A DNA stretch of 64,000 bases from Gammaproteobacteria bacterium. Lineage in GTDB: Bacteria > Pseudomonadota > Gammaproteobacteria > CBDBNL01 > JAAOII01. Positions 10,404 through 20,566 of the stretch are shown here, piece after piece; positions within the stretch are counted from its first letter, which is position 1, and every line of letters starts with the position of its first letter. Under the pieces are notes generated by a model, which was not told where the DNA came from, ran no database searches, and saw nothing but the letters and a program-made list of their open reading frames with translations. The stretch spans positions 608,001 to 672,000 of the forward strand of contig OZ242372.1 in NCBI GenBank assembly GCA_965209035.1, in the 5' to 3' direction. The translations under genes and the position numbers were made by a program.

Positions 10404-11213
10404 GCGGTGGGCAAAAGACACCGAAACGCCCAGTTGATCGCTCAGTTCGTCTCCGAGAGCGCGGATATCCGGGTCCTGTCTGCCGCCGGGCTTCCCGCTG
10501 TCGGATCTTTTACCGGACAGACGCCTCACCAGTTGTTCCGCTTGACGGACATTTAACTTTTTGGCGGAGATAGCAGCCGCCGCCTGTTCTTGAGCCGGCG
10601 GCGGCAAACTCAAAATGACCTTGGCATGCCCCGGGTCCAAAAGACCATCGCGCAGAAGTTGCCGGGCGGCGGGTGCCAAGTTTAATAATCTTAAAAGGTT
10701 GGCGATGCTCGCCCGCGGCATCCCCAACCGCTCGCCCAGTGCCTGCTGGGTGTAAGAGTATGTTGTCATCAATTCTTTGAGCGCGACTGCCTGCTCGTAG
10801 GGACCCAGATCCTGTCGCTGGACATTTTCCATAAGCCCCAGCACCGCGGCCTGATTGTCATCCATCTTGCGGACAATACTCGGCACATTGGTTAAGCCGG
10901 CCGCCTGCGCCGCCCGCCAGCGTCTTTCGCCGGCGACCAACTCATACTCGTCCTCGCCGCCCGGTTTCGGTCGGACGATGATCGGTTGCAGCAGTCCGCT
11001 GGCGCGAATGGAATTGGCAAGTTCCGCGATCTTATCCGCATCAAACACCTGTCTGGATTGACGGGCCGCACGGGAAATTTTACGGATGTCAATGTCGGCG
11101 ATGCCTTCGCCGCTATGCTCGGGCGTATCGGCCGTATCGGCAATGCCGTCTGTTACGGCAAGGTCGCCCAGTAGGGCGGACAAATCCTTGCCGAGTGCTT
11201 TTCTCTTGTTCAT
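10290..11213 (-). CDS. parB: Chromosome partitioning protein ParB
   Basis: KALGKDLSALL, LLQPIIVR, YELVAGERRWRAA, ENVQRQDL. Confidence 0.97.
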   Translation of the reverse strand: MNKRKALGKDLSALLGDLAVTDGIADTADTPEHSGEGIADIDIRKISRAARQSRQVFDADKIAELANSIRASGLLQPIIVRPKPGGEDEYELVAGERRWRAAQAAGLTNVPSIVRKMDDNQAAVLGLMENVQRQDLGPYEQAVALKELMTTYSYTQQALGERLGMPRASIANLLRLLNLAPAARQLLRDGLLDPGHAKVILSLPPPAQEQAAAAISAKKLNVRQAEQLVRRLSGKRSDSGKPGGRQDPDIRALGDELSDQLGVSVSFAHRKDGGGKMTVNYSNLEELDRILVPLRGGGKTKTKTNKK

Positions 11214-11980
11214 TATTGTTCGTGTCGTCTCATAAATTCGCCGGCAAGTGCCAGATAAGTGATACTGCCCGCGGAAGCCTTGTCATAACTTAGCACCGGC
11301 ACACCGTGGCTTGGAGCTTCCGCCAACCGCACATTGCGCGGGATAATGACATTATATACTTTGTCGCCGAAGTTTTTAAGAAGTTGATCCGACACCTCGC
11401 GGGTTAACCGATTCCGCTTGTCGTAAAGAGTGCGGAGCATCCCTTCTATCACCAGTTTCTTGTTGACCGTGGCGCGAATGCCTTCCACCGTGCCGATGAG
11501 ATCCGTGAGCCCCTCCAACGCAAAGTATTCGCACTGCACCGGCACCAACAGACCGTCGGCGGCACACATCGCGTTAACGGTCAAAATGTTAAGCGAAGGC
11601 GGGCAGTCTATAAAAATATAATCATAGTCATCGCGCACCCGGTCCAACGCCTTTTTGAGAACATTATGCTTATCTTTTTTGGAAAGCAACCCCACTTCCG
11701 CCGCCGTCAGATCTCGGTTGGCGGGCAGGAGGTCATAAAGGGCTTTGGTCTGTTTGATAATCGCTTTTTGTATCCGCACCTTGCCCGCAAAAACATCATA
11801 AACAGTCGGATCCGTGGCGCGCTTTTCATAGCCACTGCCGACAGTGGCGTTGCCTTGCGGGTCCATATCCACGACAAGGACACGCCGTCTGGTCACCACC
11901 AAACTCGCGCCCAAATTGATACAAGTGGTCGTTTTGGCAACGCCACCCTTTTGATTGGTTACAGCCGTAATATATGCCAT
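11213..11980 (-). CDS. parA: Chromosome partitioning ATPase ParA/Soj
   Basis: Start reassigned to ATG 11980; NQKGGVAKTTT, DMDPQGNAT, IDCPPSL, PRNVRLAEAPSHG. Confidence 0.97.
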   Translation of the reverse strand: MAYITAVTNQKGGVAKTTTCINLGASLVVTRRRVLVVDMDPQGNATVGSGYEKRATDPTVYDVFAGKVRIQKAIIKQTKALYDLLPANRDLTAAEVGLLSKKDKHNVLKKALDRVRDDYDYIFIDCPPSLNILTVNAMCAADGLLVPVQCEYFALEGLTDLIGTVEGIRATVNKKLVIEGMLRTLYDKRNRLTREVSDQLLKNFGDKVYNVIIPRNVRLAEAPSHGVPVLSYDKASAGSITYLALAGEFMRRHEQ

Positions 11981-11990
11981 CTTGCTTCTT

Positions 11991-13037
11991 TTATGATGCC
12001 GAACGCTTGCGCGAAGTATCCGGCTGAGCCTTGCCGGAAATACCCGGCTGAGCCTTGCGTGAAACATCCGATTGGTCCTTGCCAGAAATATTTGGTTGGT
12101 CCTTCCGTGAAATATCCGATTGGTCCTTGCCAGAAATATCCGGTTGGGCCTTGCCGGAAATATCCGGCTGAGCCTTGCGTGAAACATCCGATTGGTCCTT
12201 GCCAGAAATATTTGGTTGGTCCTTGCGCGAAGTGTCCGGCTGAGCCTTGCCGGAAATATCCCCCCGGTGCTTGCGCCAGATATCCCCCTGGCGTTTACGC
12301 CAGGTATCTAGGTGACGCTGCGCCCCCAAAAAGGGAACTTGCAACCTGTGTCTGCTCGGCGCATCCCAAAATTCGTCGCCCGCCGGCATCTCGGGTTGGC
12401 CGCGCCCGCGCATATGCAGGACAAGACCGCCCGGCTTAAGCAACGAATAAGCAATAGCGCAAAGATCTTCCGCGGTTGCCACGGAACGACCGATCACACA
12501 ATCAAATGCCTCAAGGATTTCCAAGTTGCTCGCGGCCGGATCGCTTCCCGCCACCACCCGATGATGCAAAACGGAAACATTGTTGAGTTTAAGAACTCGC
12601 CTGACCTGCAACAAAAAGCCACATTTTTTACCGGTCTTCTCAATCAAAGTCCAACGGCGATCCGGTGCGATGATCGCCAAAGGAATTCCCGGCAAACCCG
12701 CCCCGCTGCCGATATCCGCCGCCTTTTCACCGGCGATGAAGGGAGCGACACTCAGACTATCCAAAATATGTCGCACATCCCAATGCTCGCGCGGGACAGC
12801 CGTGAGGTTAAACTTGCGATTAGCATCTTCCAAAAGTTCCAGGTATTGCATGATGAGTTCCAGTGCCCGCTGATCCGGAATCATGCCGAGTTTACGCGCA
12901 CCCGCCGCGATTCTTTGCTCCGCCCTCGCCAAACCGGTTGTGCCGGCCTTGGTGTGCTCCGGCCTTAAATTAACTTCCTCCTTTTTCAACCAACCAACCT
13001 CATCGCGATCGCACTCGCGATGCCAAAAAGCGCACAT
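11991..13037 (-). CDS. rsmG: 16S rRNA m7G527 methyltransferase with repetitive C-terminal tail (start uncertain)
   Basis: NRKFNLTA, HILDSL, DIGSGAGLPGIPLAI, EKTGKKCGFL; immediately upstream of parA. Confidence 0.93.
   Translation of the reverse strand: MCAFWHRECDRDEVGWLKKEEVNLRPEHTKAGTTGLARAEQRIAAGARKLGMIPDQRALELIMQYLELLEDANRKFNLTAVPREHWDVRHILDSLSVAPFIAGEKAADIGSGAGLPGIPLAIIAPDRRWTLIEKTGKKCGFLLQVRRVLKLNNVSVLHHRVVAGSDPAASNLEILEAFDCVIGRSVATAEDLCAIAYSLLKPGGLVLHMRGRGQPEMPAGDEFWDAPSRHRLQVPFLGAQRHLDTWRKRQGDIWRKHRGDISGKAQPDTSRKDQPNISGKDQSDVSRKAQPDISGKAQPDISGKDQSDISRKDQPNISGKDQSDVSRKAQPGISGKAQPDTSRKRSAS
12008..12310. repeat. 24-bp VNTR, ~12-13 imperfect copies
   Basis: Units such as cggaaatatccggctgagccttgc / gtgaaacatccgattggtccttgc; encodes 8-aa repeats (DISGKAQP) at the RsmG C-terminus. 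Confidence 0.93.
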
Positions 13038-13113
13038 CCGACTCCCGGCCTGCCGCCCCCTGTCCCCCTGTTAAAGCAACTTGCGTTGTGTTCGTCTCTA
13101 AAAAACTCATCCT

Positions 13114-14202
13114 TTAAAGAAGCGACTTAAGAGTATCTAAAAAGATCCGGTTTTCAGTCGGTGTGCCCATGGAAACGCGCAGGCATCCTTCCAAGGCGGG
13201 ATCCGCACCCGTCAGGTTTTTAACTAATATCTGACGCCCCAGAAGATCTTTATGCAGATCGGCAGCCGGTCGTGAAAGAACCTCAAACAGGACGAAGTTC
13301 GTCGTGCTCGGATAGGGCCGGATACCGGGCAGTTGCCGCATTTCGGCAAGCATCCGCTCGCGCTCTTGCCGAATTTCCGATGCCCTGCGGATGATCGTTT
13401 GCATCCTGTCCGTCTCTGTCACAAAATCAAGGCTTGCCTCCGTCAAAACACCAATGTTATAGGGCAAGCGAATCTTACGCAGCTGCTCCGCCACTTCGGG
13501 CTGTGCGGCCGCAAACCCAAAACGCAGCCCCGCCATTCCAATCTTTGAAAGCGTCCAAATAACGACCAAATTCGGAAACTTGTGCATATCCGGTAATCGG
13601 GGCGGCTCATCAAAAAAACGATAGGCACAGTCCACCACCGTAAGTGCGCCCGAGGCGGCGGCAATTTCCGCCAATTCCGGCGGGAACATATTGCCGGTTG
13701 GGTTATTCGGCAAAGAAAGGAAAATGACATTCGGGCGATGCTTCCGAACCGCCTCCTCAAACTTTGACGGATCCGGCACAAAGTTGTCGTTTCGGTCCAG
13801 CGGAAAACCGACAAACTCGCCGCCGAGCAGTCGCGTGATCCGCTCGTACATCACAAAACTCGGTGTCGGGCTTAACACCTTCAAATTGGCACAGCCTCTC
13901 AAAATGAGTAGCATTTGAATCAACTCATCCGAGCCGTTGCCCGGAATCAGTTCCGCCCCATCCGGCACAGAGAACGGCCGCCGCAACCGCGGCAAGATTG
14001 CCGGCAACCGAACAGGATAACGATTCACCTCCGCCCGTTTGAGTGCCACCGCCCATTCATCCGCCCAGAGTTCAAACCCATAGGGACACTCCATCGCGTT
14101 AAGCCGGGCAAGACCCTCTCCCGGCTGTGTCGCCCGGTAATGATCCAACGCCCGCAGATGCTCGGCGAAAACAGGAGGGCTGTTACTGTGAGGTATCTTC
14201 AT
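13114..14202 (-). CDS. hisC: Histidinol-phosphate aminotransferase
   Basis: LNAMECP, NRYP, GNGSDELI, PNNPTG, TLSKIGMAGLRFG. Confidence 0.95.
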   Translation of the reverse strand: MKIPHSNSPPVFAEHLRALDHYRATQPGEGLARLNAMECPYGFELWADEWAVALKRAEVNRYPVRLPAILPRLRRPFSVPDGAELIPGNGSDELIQMLLILRGCANLKVLSPTPSFVMYERITRLLGGEFVGFPLDRNDNFVPDPSKFEEAVRKHRPNVIFLSLPNNPTGNMFPPELAEIAAASGALTVVDCAYRFFDEPPRLPDMHKFPNLVVIWTLSKIGMAGLRFGFAAAQPEVAEQLRKIRLPYNIGVLTEASLDFVTETDRMQTIIRRASEIRQERERMLAEMRQLPGIRPYPSTTNFVLFEVLSRPAADLHKDLLGRQILVKNLTGADPALEGCLRVSMGTPTENRIFLDTLKSLL

Positions 14203-15601
14203 CCGTCCGCCTTAACTTGGCGGAAAGAGCATGGGCGGTCAGACCTTCCGCCGCCGCCAACTCCTCGGTTGTCCGCACCCACTCCGGATCCGCATTCCCT
14301 CGCACACCGAGAATGCCAACGCGCTTGACAAAATCATAAACACCCAGCGGCGACATAAATGCCGCAGCCGGCGATGTCGGCAGAGTGTGGTTCGGACCCG
14401 CACCATAATCGCCGAATGTCGTCGGACAGGCATTCCCCATGAAAACGGCCGCCGTCCGATGAATTTCCTCTTCCAACGGTTCCGGATCGGCAACCATTAA
14501 TTGCAAATGCTCGGGAGCAAGGGAATCGGCGAGACGCGCCGCTTCCGCAACCGAACGGGTTTTCACCAGCAGTCCCCGGCGGCGAAGGGCTTCTTTAATG
14601 ATTTCCCATCTCGGCAAAACATCCGTCGCATCCGTCGTATCGGCGGCATCGCGGGCATCCGCCATGCCCGTTATGCCTGTTAACTTCCCCAATTCCCGCA
14701 CAGTTGCCAGCAGCAGGGGCTCGGACGGACTAAACAGAGAAACCCCCGCATCGGGATCGTGTTCCGCCTGGGCGCACAGATCCGCCGCCACCCATTCGGG
14801 CGGTGCGTTTTCGTCCGCCACTATTGCCACTTCCGAAGGGCCCGCCGTCATATCAATGCCCACCACACCGAACAGTTGCCGCTTGGCTTCGGTGACATAC
14901 GCATTCCCCGGTCCGACGATCTTGTCCGTCGCCCGCACGGATTCCGTGCCGTAAGCCAGGGCCGCAATGGCCTGCGCGCCGCCTATGGTGTGCAGGCGAT
15001 TCGCCTTGGCAATATGTGCCGCCGCCAACAAGGCGACCGCGTCTTCGTTCACAGGGCTGACAATCGTGATATCCTCAACCTCGGCAATCTGTGCCGGCAG
15101 GGCGCACATCAGCAGACTGGAAGGATAAACCGCAGTCCCGCCGGGGACATAGATGCCAACCCGCTCCAACGGAACTATTTTCTGCCCGCAAACGACAACC
15201 GAATCGCGCTTGGCACCAACTTTGGATTCCTGACGCCAACTGTATTGAATCTGGCTGCGATGATAGGCAATGATCCGGTCCTTCATAGAATGCATCGCAT
15301 CGCGCAAAGCGGGAGAAATCGCCCGGTAGGCGGCCGCAAACTGTTCGGGGCCGAAGGTCAGTTGACGAATGCTTTGGGCGTCCCGCTTGTCATAACGCTT
15401 GGTTAATTCCAGCAGAGCATCATCTCCGCGGTCACGCACCTGCTTCAAAACGGCAGCCACTTGTTCGGCAATACCGCCCGCCCCGTTACTTAGACTGCTC
15501 TTTAAGTGCTTTCTTTGTTGTCGCAGTTCTTCAAATTTTTTTGCAAAATTCTTGTCGCTGCTGTCCCAAAAGGTAAAAAAAGGATGTGGATGTGGCTTCA
15601 T
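14183..15601 (-). CDS. hisD: Histidinol dehydrogenase
   Basis: [59 protein letters not shown]. Confidence 0.97.
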   Translation of the reverse strand: MKPHPHPFFTFWDSSDKNFAKKFEELRQQRKHLKSSLSNGAGGIAEQVAAVLKQVRDRGDDALLELTKRYDKRDAQSIRQLTFGPEQFAAAYRAISPALRDAMHSMKDRIIAYHRSQIQYSWRQESKVGAKRDSVVVCGQKIVPLERVGIYVPGGTAVYPSSLLMCALPAQIAEVEDITIVSPVNEDAVALLAAAHIAKANRLHTIGGAQAIAALAYGTESVRATDKIVGPGNAYVTEAKRQLFGVVGIDMTAGPSEVAIVADENAPPEWVAADLCAQAEHDPDAGVSLFSPSEPLLLATVRELGKLTGITGMADARDAADTTDATDVLPRWEIIKEALRRRGLLVKTRSVAEAARLADSLAPEHLQLMVADPEPLEEEIHRTAAVFMGNACPTTFGDYGAGPNHTLPTSPAAAFMSPLGVYDFVKRVGILGVRGNADPEWVRTTEELAAAEGLTAHALSAKLRRTDEDTSQ

Positions 15602-15878
15602 AGAATTCCATTATAGGAAACACAGCCGGCGGGATTGCCTTGCCGGATCAGCCCCGCCCGATTGCGGGGTTTAAGTTGTCAAAAGATCAGTGCTTGTTAA
15701 AAATGCACTCTTGGCCGTGCACTCGTCTGCGTTTCCGGACACTTCACAACCGCTTCATCGCCGCTTCACAGCATCTTCACAGACGCTGCATCGATGCCAA
15801 AGCGATCTGTTTGGCTCGCCAAAGCAGCCAAACGAGCTCTCGGTCTGCTTTAGATTCCGCTTGTCCGCTGCTGACTGC

Positions 15879-18800
15879 CTACTGCCGTTGCTGTTGCTCT
15901 GCTACGCTGACAGGATGGCAGTTCAGAACGGGGTATTGTGTGCTGTTGCCCAGATCCCAGGCGCGGATGAAGGAGGCACCTGGCCCGTCATCGGTGGTAT
16001 CTTCCATTTCCTCGCCGGTGTTCGGATCACACCAGAAGTCACCCCAGTCGGCATAGATTCCCGTGAAGTCGGTCGGCGATTGCAAGGCTGTCGTGCTATG
16101 ACCCTCGCCCAAATTACCGGCACTCATAGACTGCATGGTGGTTTGATTGTCCCAATAGGTGGCAATGACATCGGTGTCATTATCGGTGAAGCCGATCAAT
16201 CCACCGACAGCAGCCTTATCGGAACCTGAAACAAGCCCGGGGGCGGCATAAGAATAATTAATTTGAAATCCTACCCCCTGCCCAACCAGGCCGCCAACAG
16301 AAGTACTCTCCGCGTCCCCGGAAACACTTCCGCCGAGCACATAGGCATAGCGAATATCCGTATTAATCCCACTCCCAACCAAGCCGCCAGCAACACTCCC
16401 GGAAACATCCACACCGGACACGGACGTATAGCGAATATCCTGCTCATCACCAAACCCAACCAGGCCGCCAGCAGCATTACTCCCGATAACATTTCCGCCA
16501 GACACGGACGCATAGCGAATATCCTGCTCCTCACCAAACCCAACCAGGCCGCCAACAAAACTCCCGGCAACACTTCCGCCGGACACGGACGCATTGCGAA
16601 TATCCGCATTAAGCCCCTCCCCAATCAGGCCGCCAACAAAAAAAGCCCCCGAAACATCCACACCGGACACGGACGCATTGCGAATATCCGCATACCTACC
16701 ATCCCCAACCAAGCCGCCGGCAACAAACCCGGAAACATCCACACCGGACACGAACGCATTGTAAATATCCGCATCCTCACCATACCCAACCAGGCCACCG
16801 GCAATGCTCCCGGAAACACCCTCGGAAACATTTCCGAAAACACTTCCGCCGGACACGGACGCATTGCGAATATCCGCATCCTCACCATGCCCAACCAGGC
16901 CGCCCACAGCGCTGCCCACAGCAGTGGTGGTACCGCCACTGACACGCGCATTCCCGAGATGCAGATTTTGGATGCCACCGGTTAAGGCACCAAACAACCC
17001 CACTCCATAGGCAGTATCGCTCGCAGAGATGAACAGATCGGCAATACGATAACCGCCGCCGTCAAAGATTCCGGTATAAGAGGTGCAAACATCCAAAGCG
17101 GAACAAGAGCCGATCGGCTGCCAGCCGCTGCCGGTCGTCCAGCCAGCCCGATTGCCACTGCCCGCGGCATAGGAAGCATCATCACTAAAATTGAACGAGC
17201 GAGTTAATTCATAACCCAAACAGCCGCCGTCATCGTCATCCGGATCCGGGCAGCCCATAGAGCCCACAGAGGTAATCTCGGGGATACGGCCATCATCCGT
17301 CCCATCGCCGTTCAGATCATCGCGCAGCCGCGCCAAGTCATCCAAAGTGTGGATCTCTATCAAGCCATTATTATTGTCATCCACATCCTCATCGTTATCC
17401 CGACAGCCGTCACCATCATGGTCCGCGGACGCATTGGAAGTCCAGCCGATCACACCGCGCGGACAAGTATCCGCAAGATCATCCACATCGTCATTGTCAT
17501 CGTCCAAGTCTTCTATTAAGGTGGTATTCACATCGGTCCTGCAGCCGGTAGCCAGCTCGTCCGGTTCGCCATCGCCATCCGTGTCAAGACTCGCACAGGC
17601 ATCCGTCACAAACGCATCATCCGTATCCGCCACGCCATCATTGTCATCGTCCGGATCTTCATCTCTGTCGCGACAGCCATCACCGTCATGGTCCGCGGAC
17701 GCATTGGAAGTCCAGCCGGTAGCGCCGATCGGACAAGTATCCGCAATATCCTCCACGCCATCATTGTCATCGTCATCATCACAGGCATCACCGCCGTCAT
17801 CCGCATTGTCCGTGTTGGCTTGGTCCGCATTGGCAACCAACGGACAATTATCGTCCGTATCCGCCACTTCATCATTGTCATCGTCCGAATCTTCTGTTAA
17901 GGTAGTATTCACACCGGCCGTGCAACCCGGAACAAGGCTATCCGGATTGCCATCCTCATCCGTGTCGGCACTCGCACAGGCATCTATCCGGAACGCATCG
18001 TCCGCATCCGCCACGCCATCATTGTCATCGTCCTCGTCACAGGCATCACCCTCTCCGTCGGTATCGTTGTTATGCTGTTGCGGATTGCGGACGAGCCGGC
18101 AATTGTCTAACGGGGTCACACCGTCGTCGGCAAAGTCATTCACTCCGTCATTGTCATCGTCCGGATCTTCATCTGTGTCGCGACAGCCGTCACGGTCATG
18201 GTCCGCGGACGCATTGGAAGTCCAGCCGGTAACACCGATCGGACAAGTATCGGCCGTATCCGCCACGCCATCATTGTCATCGTCCGGATCTTCTGTTAAG
18301 GTAGTATTCACACCGGTCGTGCAACCGGCAGATAATCTGTCCGGATTGCCGTCATTATCCGTGTCGGTACTCGCACAGGCATCCGTCACAAACGCATCGG
18401 CCGTATCCGCCACGTCATCATTGTCATCGTCCGGATCTTCTGTTAAGGTAGTATTCACACCGGTCGTGCAGCCGGCAGCGAGTTTGTCCGGTGCTCCGTC
18501 TCCATCCGTATCGATGCTCGCACAGGCATCTGTCCGGAACGCATCGGCCGTATCCGCCACACCGTCATTGTCATCGTCATCATCACAGGCATCACCGCCG
18601 TCATCCGCATTGTCCGTGTTGGCTTGGTCCGCATTGGCAACCAACGGACAATTATCGTTATCATCATCCTCACCGTCACCATCAATATCTGTGCCTACAC
18701 CCACTCTCGCTCCCGTTGTGATCGACACAGGATGTGAGGTCACGATAATGCCGTTCTCATAACGCACCGCAACTGTGATGTGATAAGTGATGTCATTGGT

Positions 18801-19271
18801 TAAGCCCGTAATGTTGTAGATGACCCGAACAAGCGGCGCAACATCTGCCGCGGTAGAATTAAGTTCTTCTGTTGTGCCACCATCGCTCGCATTGTCACGG
18901 CGTGTGGTAATAACGAGCCCGTCGATATTATCCGCGGCCGGATTAGTCCAACCCACGAGAATATGATCCTCACCGGCCAGAGCCCGGATATTGAAAACAG
19001 CCGGAAAATTCTGAGAAGCGGGATCGCCGACACCGCCGCTGCTGCCGCCGCTGCCGCCACAACCTGTCAGGACCAAACCGAACATACCCGCCAGCAGCAC
19101 ACCGTAAAAACGAGCCGGTATGCACATCCGTCGTGCCCTATTGGGTTCGGGAAAAGCCTTAAAGGCATTAAAAGCATTAAAAATATTAAGGAGACGCACA
19201 GATACCGTGCCTCTTTGTTCGCGGCACATTGCTTTCGCCGACCGCACAGGAAAAAAGTGGAACTGATTCAT
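15879..19271 (-). CDS. Large surface lipoprotein: FN3-like domain, thrombospondin type-3 Ca-binding repeats, GLUG repeats
   Basis: Lipobox LTGC plus Gly/Ser linker; DNCPLVANADQANTD..DDGGDACD and DxDxDG repeats; GGLVG repeats; start codon uncertain. Confidence 0.88.
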   Translation of the reverse strand: MNQFHFFPVRSAKAMCREQRGTVSVRLLNIFNAFNAFKAFPEPNRARRMCIPARFYGVLLAGMFGLVLTGCGGSGGSSGGVGDPASQNFPAVFNIRALAGEDHILVGWTNPAADNIDGLVITTRRDNASDGGTTEELNSTAADVAPLVRVIYNITGLTNDITYHITVAVRYENGIIVTSHPVSITTGARVGVGTDIDGDGEDDDNDNCPLVANADQANTDNADDGGDACDDDDDNDGVADTADAFRTDACASIDTDGDGAPDKLAAGCTTGVNTTLTEDPDDDNDDVADTADAFVTDACASTDTDNDGNPDRLSAGCTTGVNTTLTEDPDDDNDGVADTADTCPIGVTGWTSNASADHDRDGCRDTDEDPDDDNDGVNDFADDGVTPLDNCRLVRNPQQHNNDTDGEGDACDEDDDNDGVADADDAFRIDACASADTDEDGNPDSLVPGCTAGVNTTLTEDSDDDNDEVADTDDNCPLVANADQANTDNADDGGDACDDDDDNDGVEDIADTCPIGATGWTSNASADHDGDGCRDRDEDPDDDNDGVADTDDAFVTDACASLDTDGDGEPDELATGCRTDVNTTLIEDLDDDNDDVDDLADTCPRGVIGWTSNASADHDGDGCRDNDEDVDDNNNGLIEIHTLDDLARLRDDLNGDGTDDGRIPEITSVGSMGCPDPDDDDGGCLGYELTRSFNFSDDASYAAGSGNRAGWTTGSGWQPIGSCSALDVCTSYTGIFDGGGYRIADLFISASDTAYGVGLFGALTGGIQNLHLGNARVSGGTTTAVGSAVGGLVGHGEDADIRNASVSGGSVFGNVSEGVSGSIAGGLVGYGEDADIYNAFVSGVDVSGFVAGGLVGDGRYADIRNASVSGVDVSGAFFVGGLIGEGLNADIRNASVSGGSVAGSFVGGLVGFGEEQDIRYASVSGGNVIGSNAAGGLVGFGDEQDIRYTSVSGVDVSGSVAGGLVGSGINTDIRYAYVLGGSVSGDAESTSVGGLVGQGVGFQINYSYAAPGLVSGSDKAAVGGLIGFTDNDTDVIATYWDNQTTMQSMSAGNLGEGHSTTALQSPTDFTGIYADWGDFWCDPNTGEEMEDTTDDGPGASFIRAWDLGNSTQYPVLNCHPVSVAEQQQRQ

Positions 19272-19358
19272 TATTTTCTATTGTTTTCTATCATGATTAA
19301 TATTAATTTTTTTTGAGGCATTACTCAACTATTATTATAACTTTAATTTTCAAAATTA

Positions 19359-19995
19359 TGTATGATCCGCCCATTTTCGAACTTTTTTGTTTTTGTAAAA
19401 ACCGGATCGGCGAGAGTTGTTTGAGAGCATAATGGGGACGCTCGCGATGATGATACCAAGCCAACCACTCGATGAACTTGGCGTTGAATGCCGGCATATC
19501 CTTAACCAAGAGATGCCGCATATGACAACCGAACTCTTCCCCCAAGGTTATTTTTTAAGGAGCGCGATTGAATCGTTCACAGTGTGCATTCATTTGCGGT
19601 TTCCCAAAAAACAACATAGCATGAGCATGCCAGTGTCTGCTGCCGTTTGCTGTCACGACCCGATGGAAGTCTTCACAGACCAGCGCGATGCGGGGAAATA
19701 GGTCAATGCCGACGTGCCGGTAAATGCGCCGGCCACCGATGATGCTGCGGGCGATCGTTAACCGGCTGGGTGTCGGCAGCCGCCGGTTATATGTCACTGA
19801 CACCATTCGGGTAACAAGCAGATCGGTTTATCGGGACCGATGTTCGGCCGCGCTTGTCGCCAAGACCGGATCTTGGCAACCAATGCCGGTGACCAGGTGT
19901 TGGACCGCTTGGGCTGATGCTGTATAATCCCACCCATTTCCGGACTTTTTTTGTTTGTGTCCGAATTGAACCGGCAAGAGTTGTTTGTGAACATG
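19359..19995 (-). mobile_element. Degenerate IS481-family transposase pseudogene plus a second end copy
   Basis: Fragments WSPALVAKIRSWRQARPNIGPDK (HTH), VGIDLFPR, PQMNAHCERFNR, WYHHRERPHYALKQLSP with stops and frameshifts; homologous to 9296-9833; ends tgtat(g/a)atcc at 19359 and 19921. Confidence 0.85.
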
Positions 19996-20017
19996 CCGGG
20001 AATAACTTGGGGCGATG

Positions 20018-20566
20018 CTATCTCTTTAAATCCTTTGTCAATTGATCAAACGCCTTTTTAACATCCGCCAAGCTTGTTATTTTTTCCATTTCGTTTAACT
20101 TGAAATCACACTTAAATCCTCTGCCCGTTTTTGCCGTGCCTCTGTCGTGTAACTTTTCCCAATCTATGTTTTTCTTTGCCCAAAACTTGATGTACAAATC
20201 ATCCGGCGAGACACCCAAGAAAAAAATCGCAGCGTAATCGCCGTCTTTTTTAAGTCCTTCGTTTTGAAACCTATGATTAACATCCAATGAAGCGGTTTTA
20301 ATTTCAAACTTACGTTCGTTTACTTTTAGATCCCAATCCCCCTGATCTCCGTCGGCATATTCAAATTTAATGCGGCGATGATATATTTGCTGCAGACACA
20401 TCGCAAAAAATCTTTCACCAAAGCTGCCTCTCTTATCTATTGGCAAGCGTTTTATCTCTATGTATTTGTTTGTATTTTTCCATACGGACTTTTGCTTAAC
20501 CTCCCGGACGATCTCTCTTAATGTCTCATCGGCTATATCGGCAACCGGTTTATTTAATCTATCCAT
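20018..20566 (-). CDS. Putative PD-(D/E)xK restriction endonuclease
   Basis: GSFGERF...GDWDLKV...FEIKTAS catalytic pattern; overlaps the methyltransferase frame. Confidence 0.7.
   Translation of the reverse strand: MDRLNKPVADIADETLREIVREVKQKSVWKNTNKYIEIKRLPIDKRGSFGERFFAMCLQQIYHRRIKFEYADGDQGDWDLKVNERKFEIKTASLDVNHRFQNEGLKKDGDYAAIFFLGVSPDDLYIKFWAKKNIDWEKLHDRGTAKTGRGFKCDFKLNEMEKITSLADVKKAFDQLTKDLKR

Noticed and set aside
11981-12187. 69-aa N-terminal extension of ParA from the ORF track
   Set aside because: Arises from the stop-free VNTR overlapping rsmG; homology starts at ATG 11980.
12008-12310. Possible CRISPR array
   Set aside because: Units are contiguous with no unique spacers; no cas genes in the window.
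11666-12439. Plus-strand Cys/Pro repeat protein (KYPAEPC...)
   Set aside because: Antisense reading of parA/rsmG and the 24-bp VNTR; no independent support.
16263-18762. Long plus-strand ORFs (240 aa and 471 aa Ser-rich)
   Set aside because: Antisense shadows of the repetitive Gly/Asp-rich surface protein.
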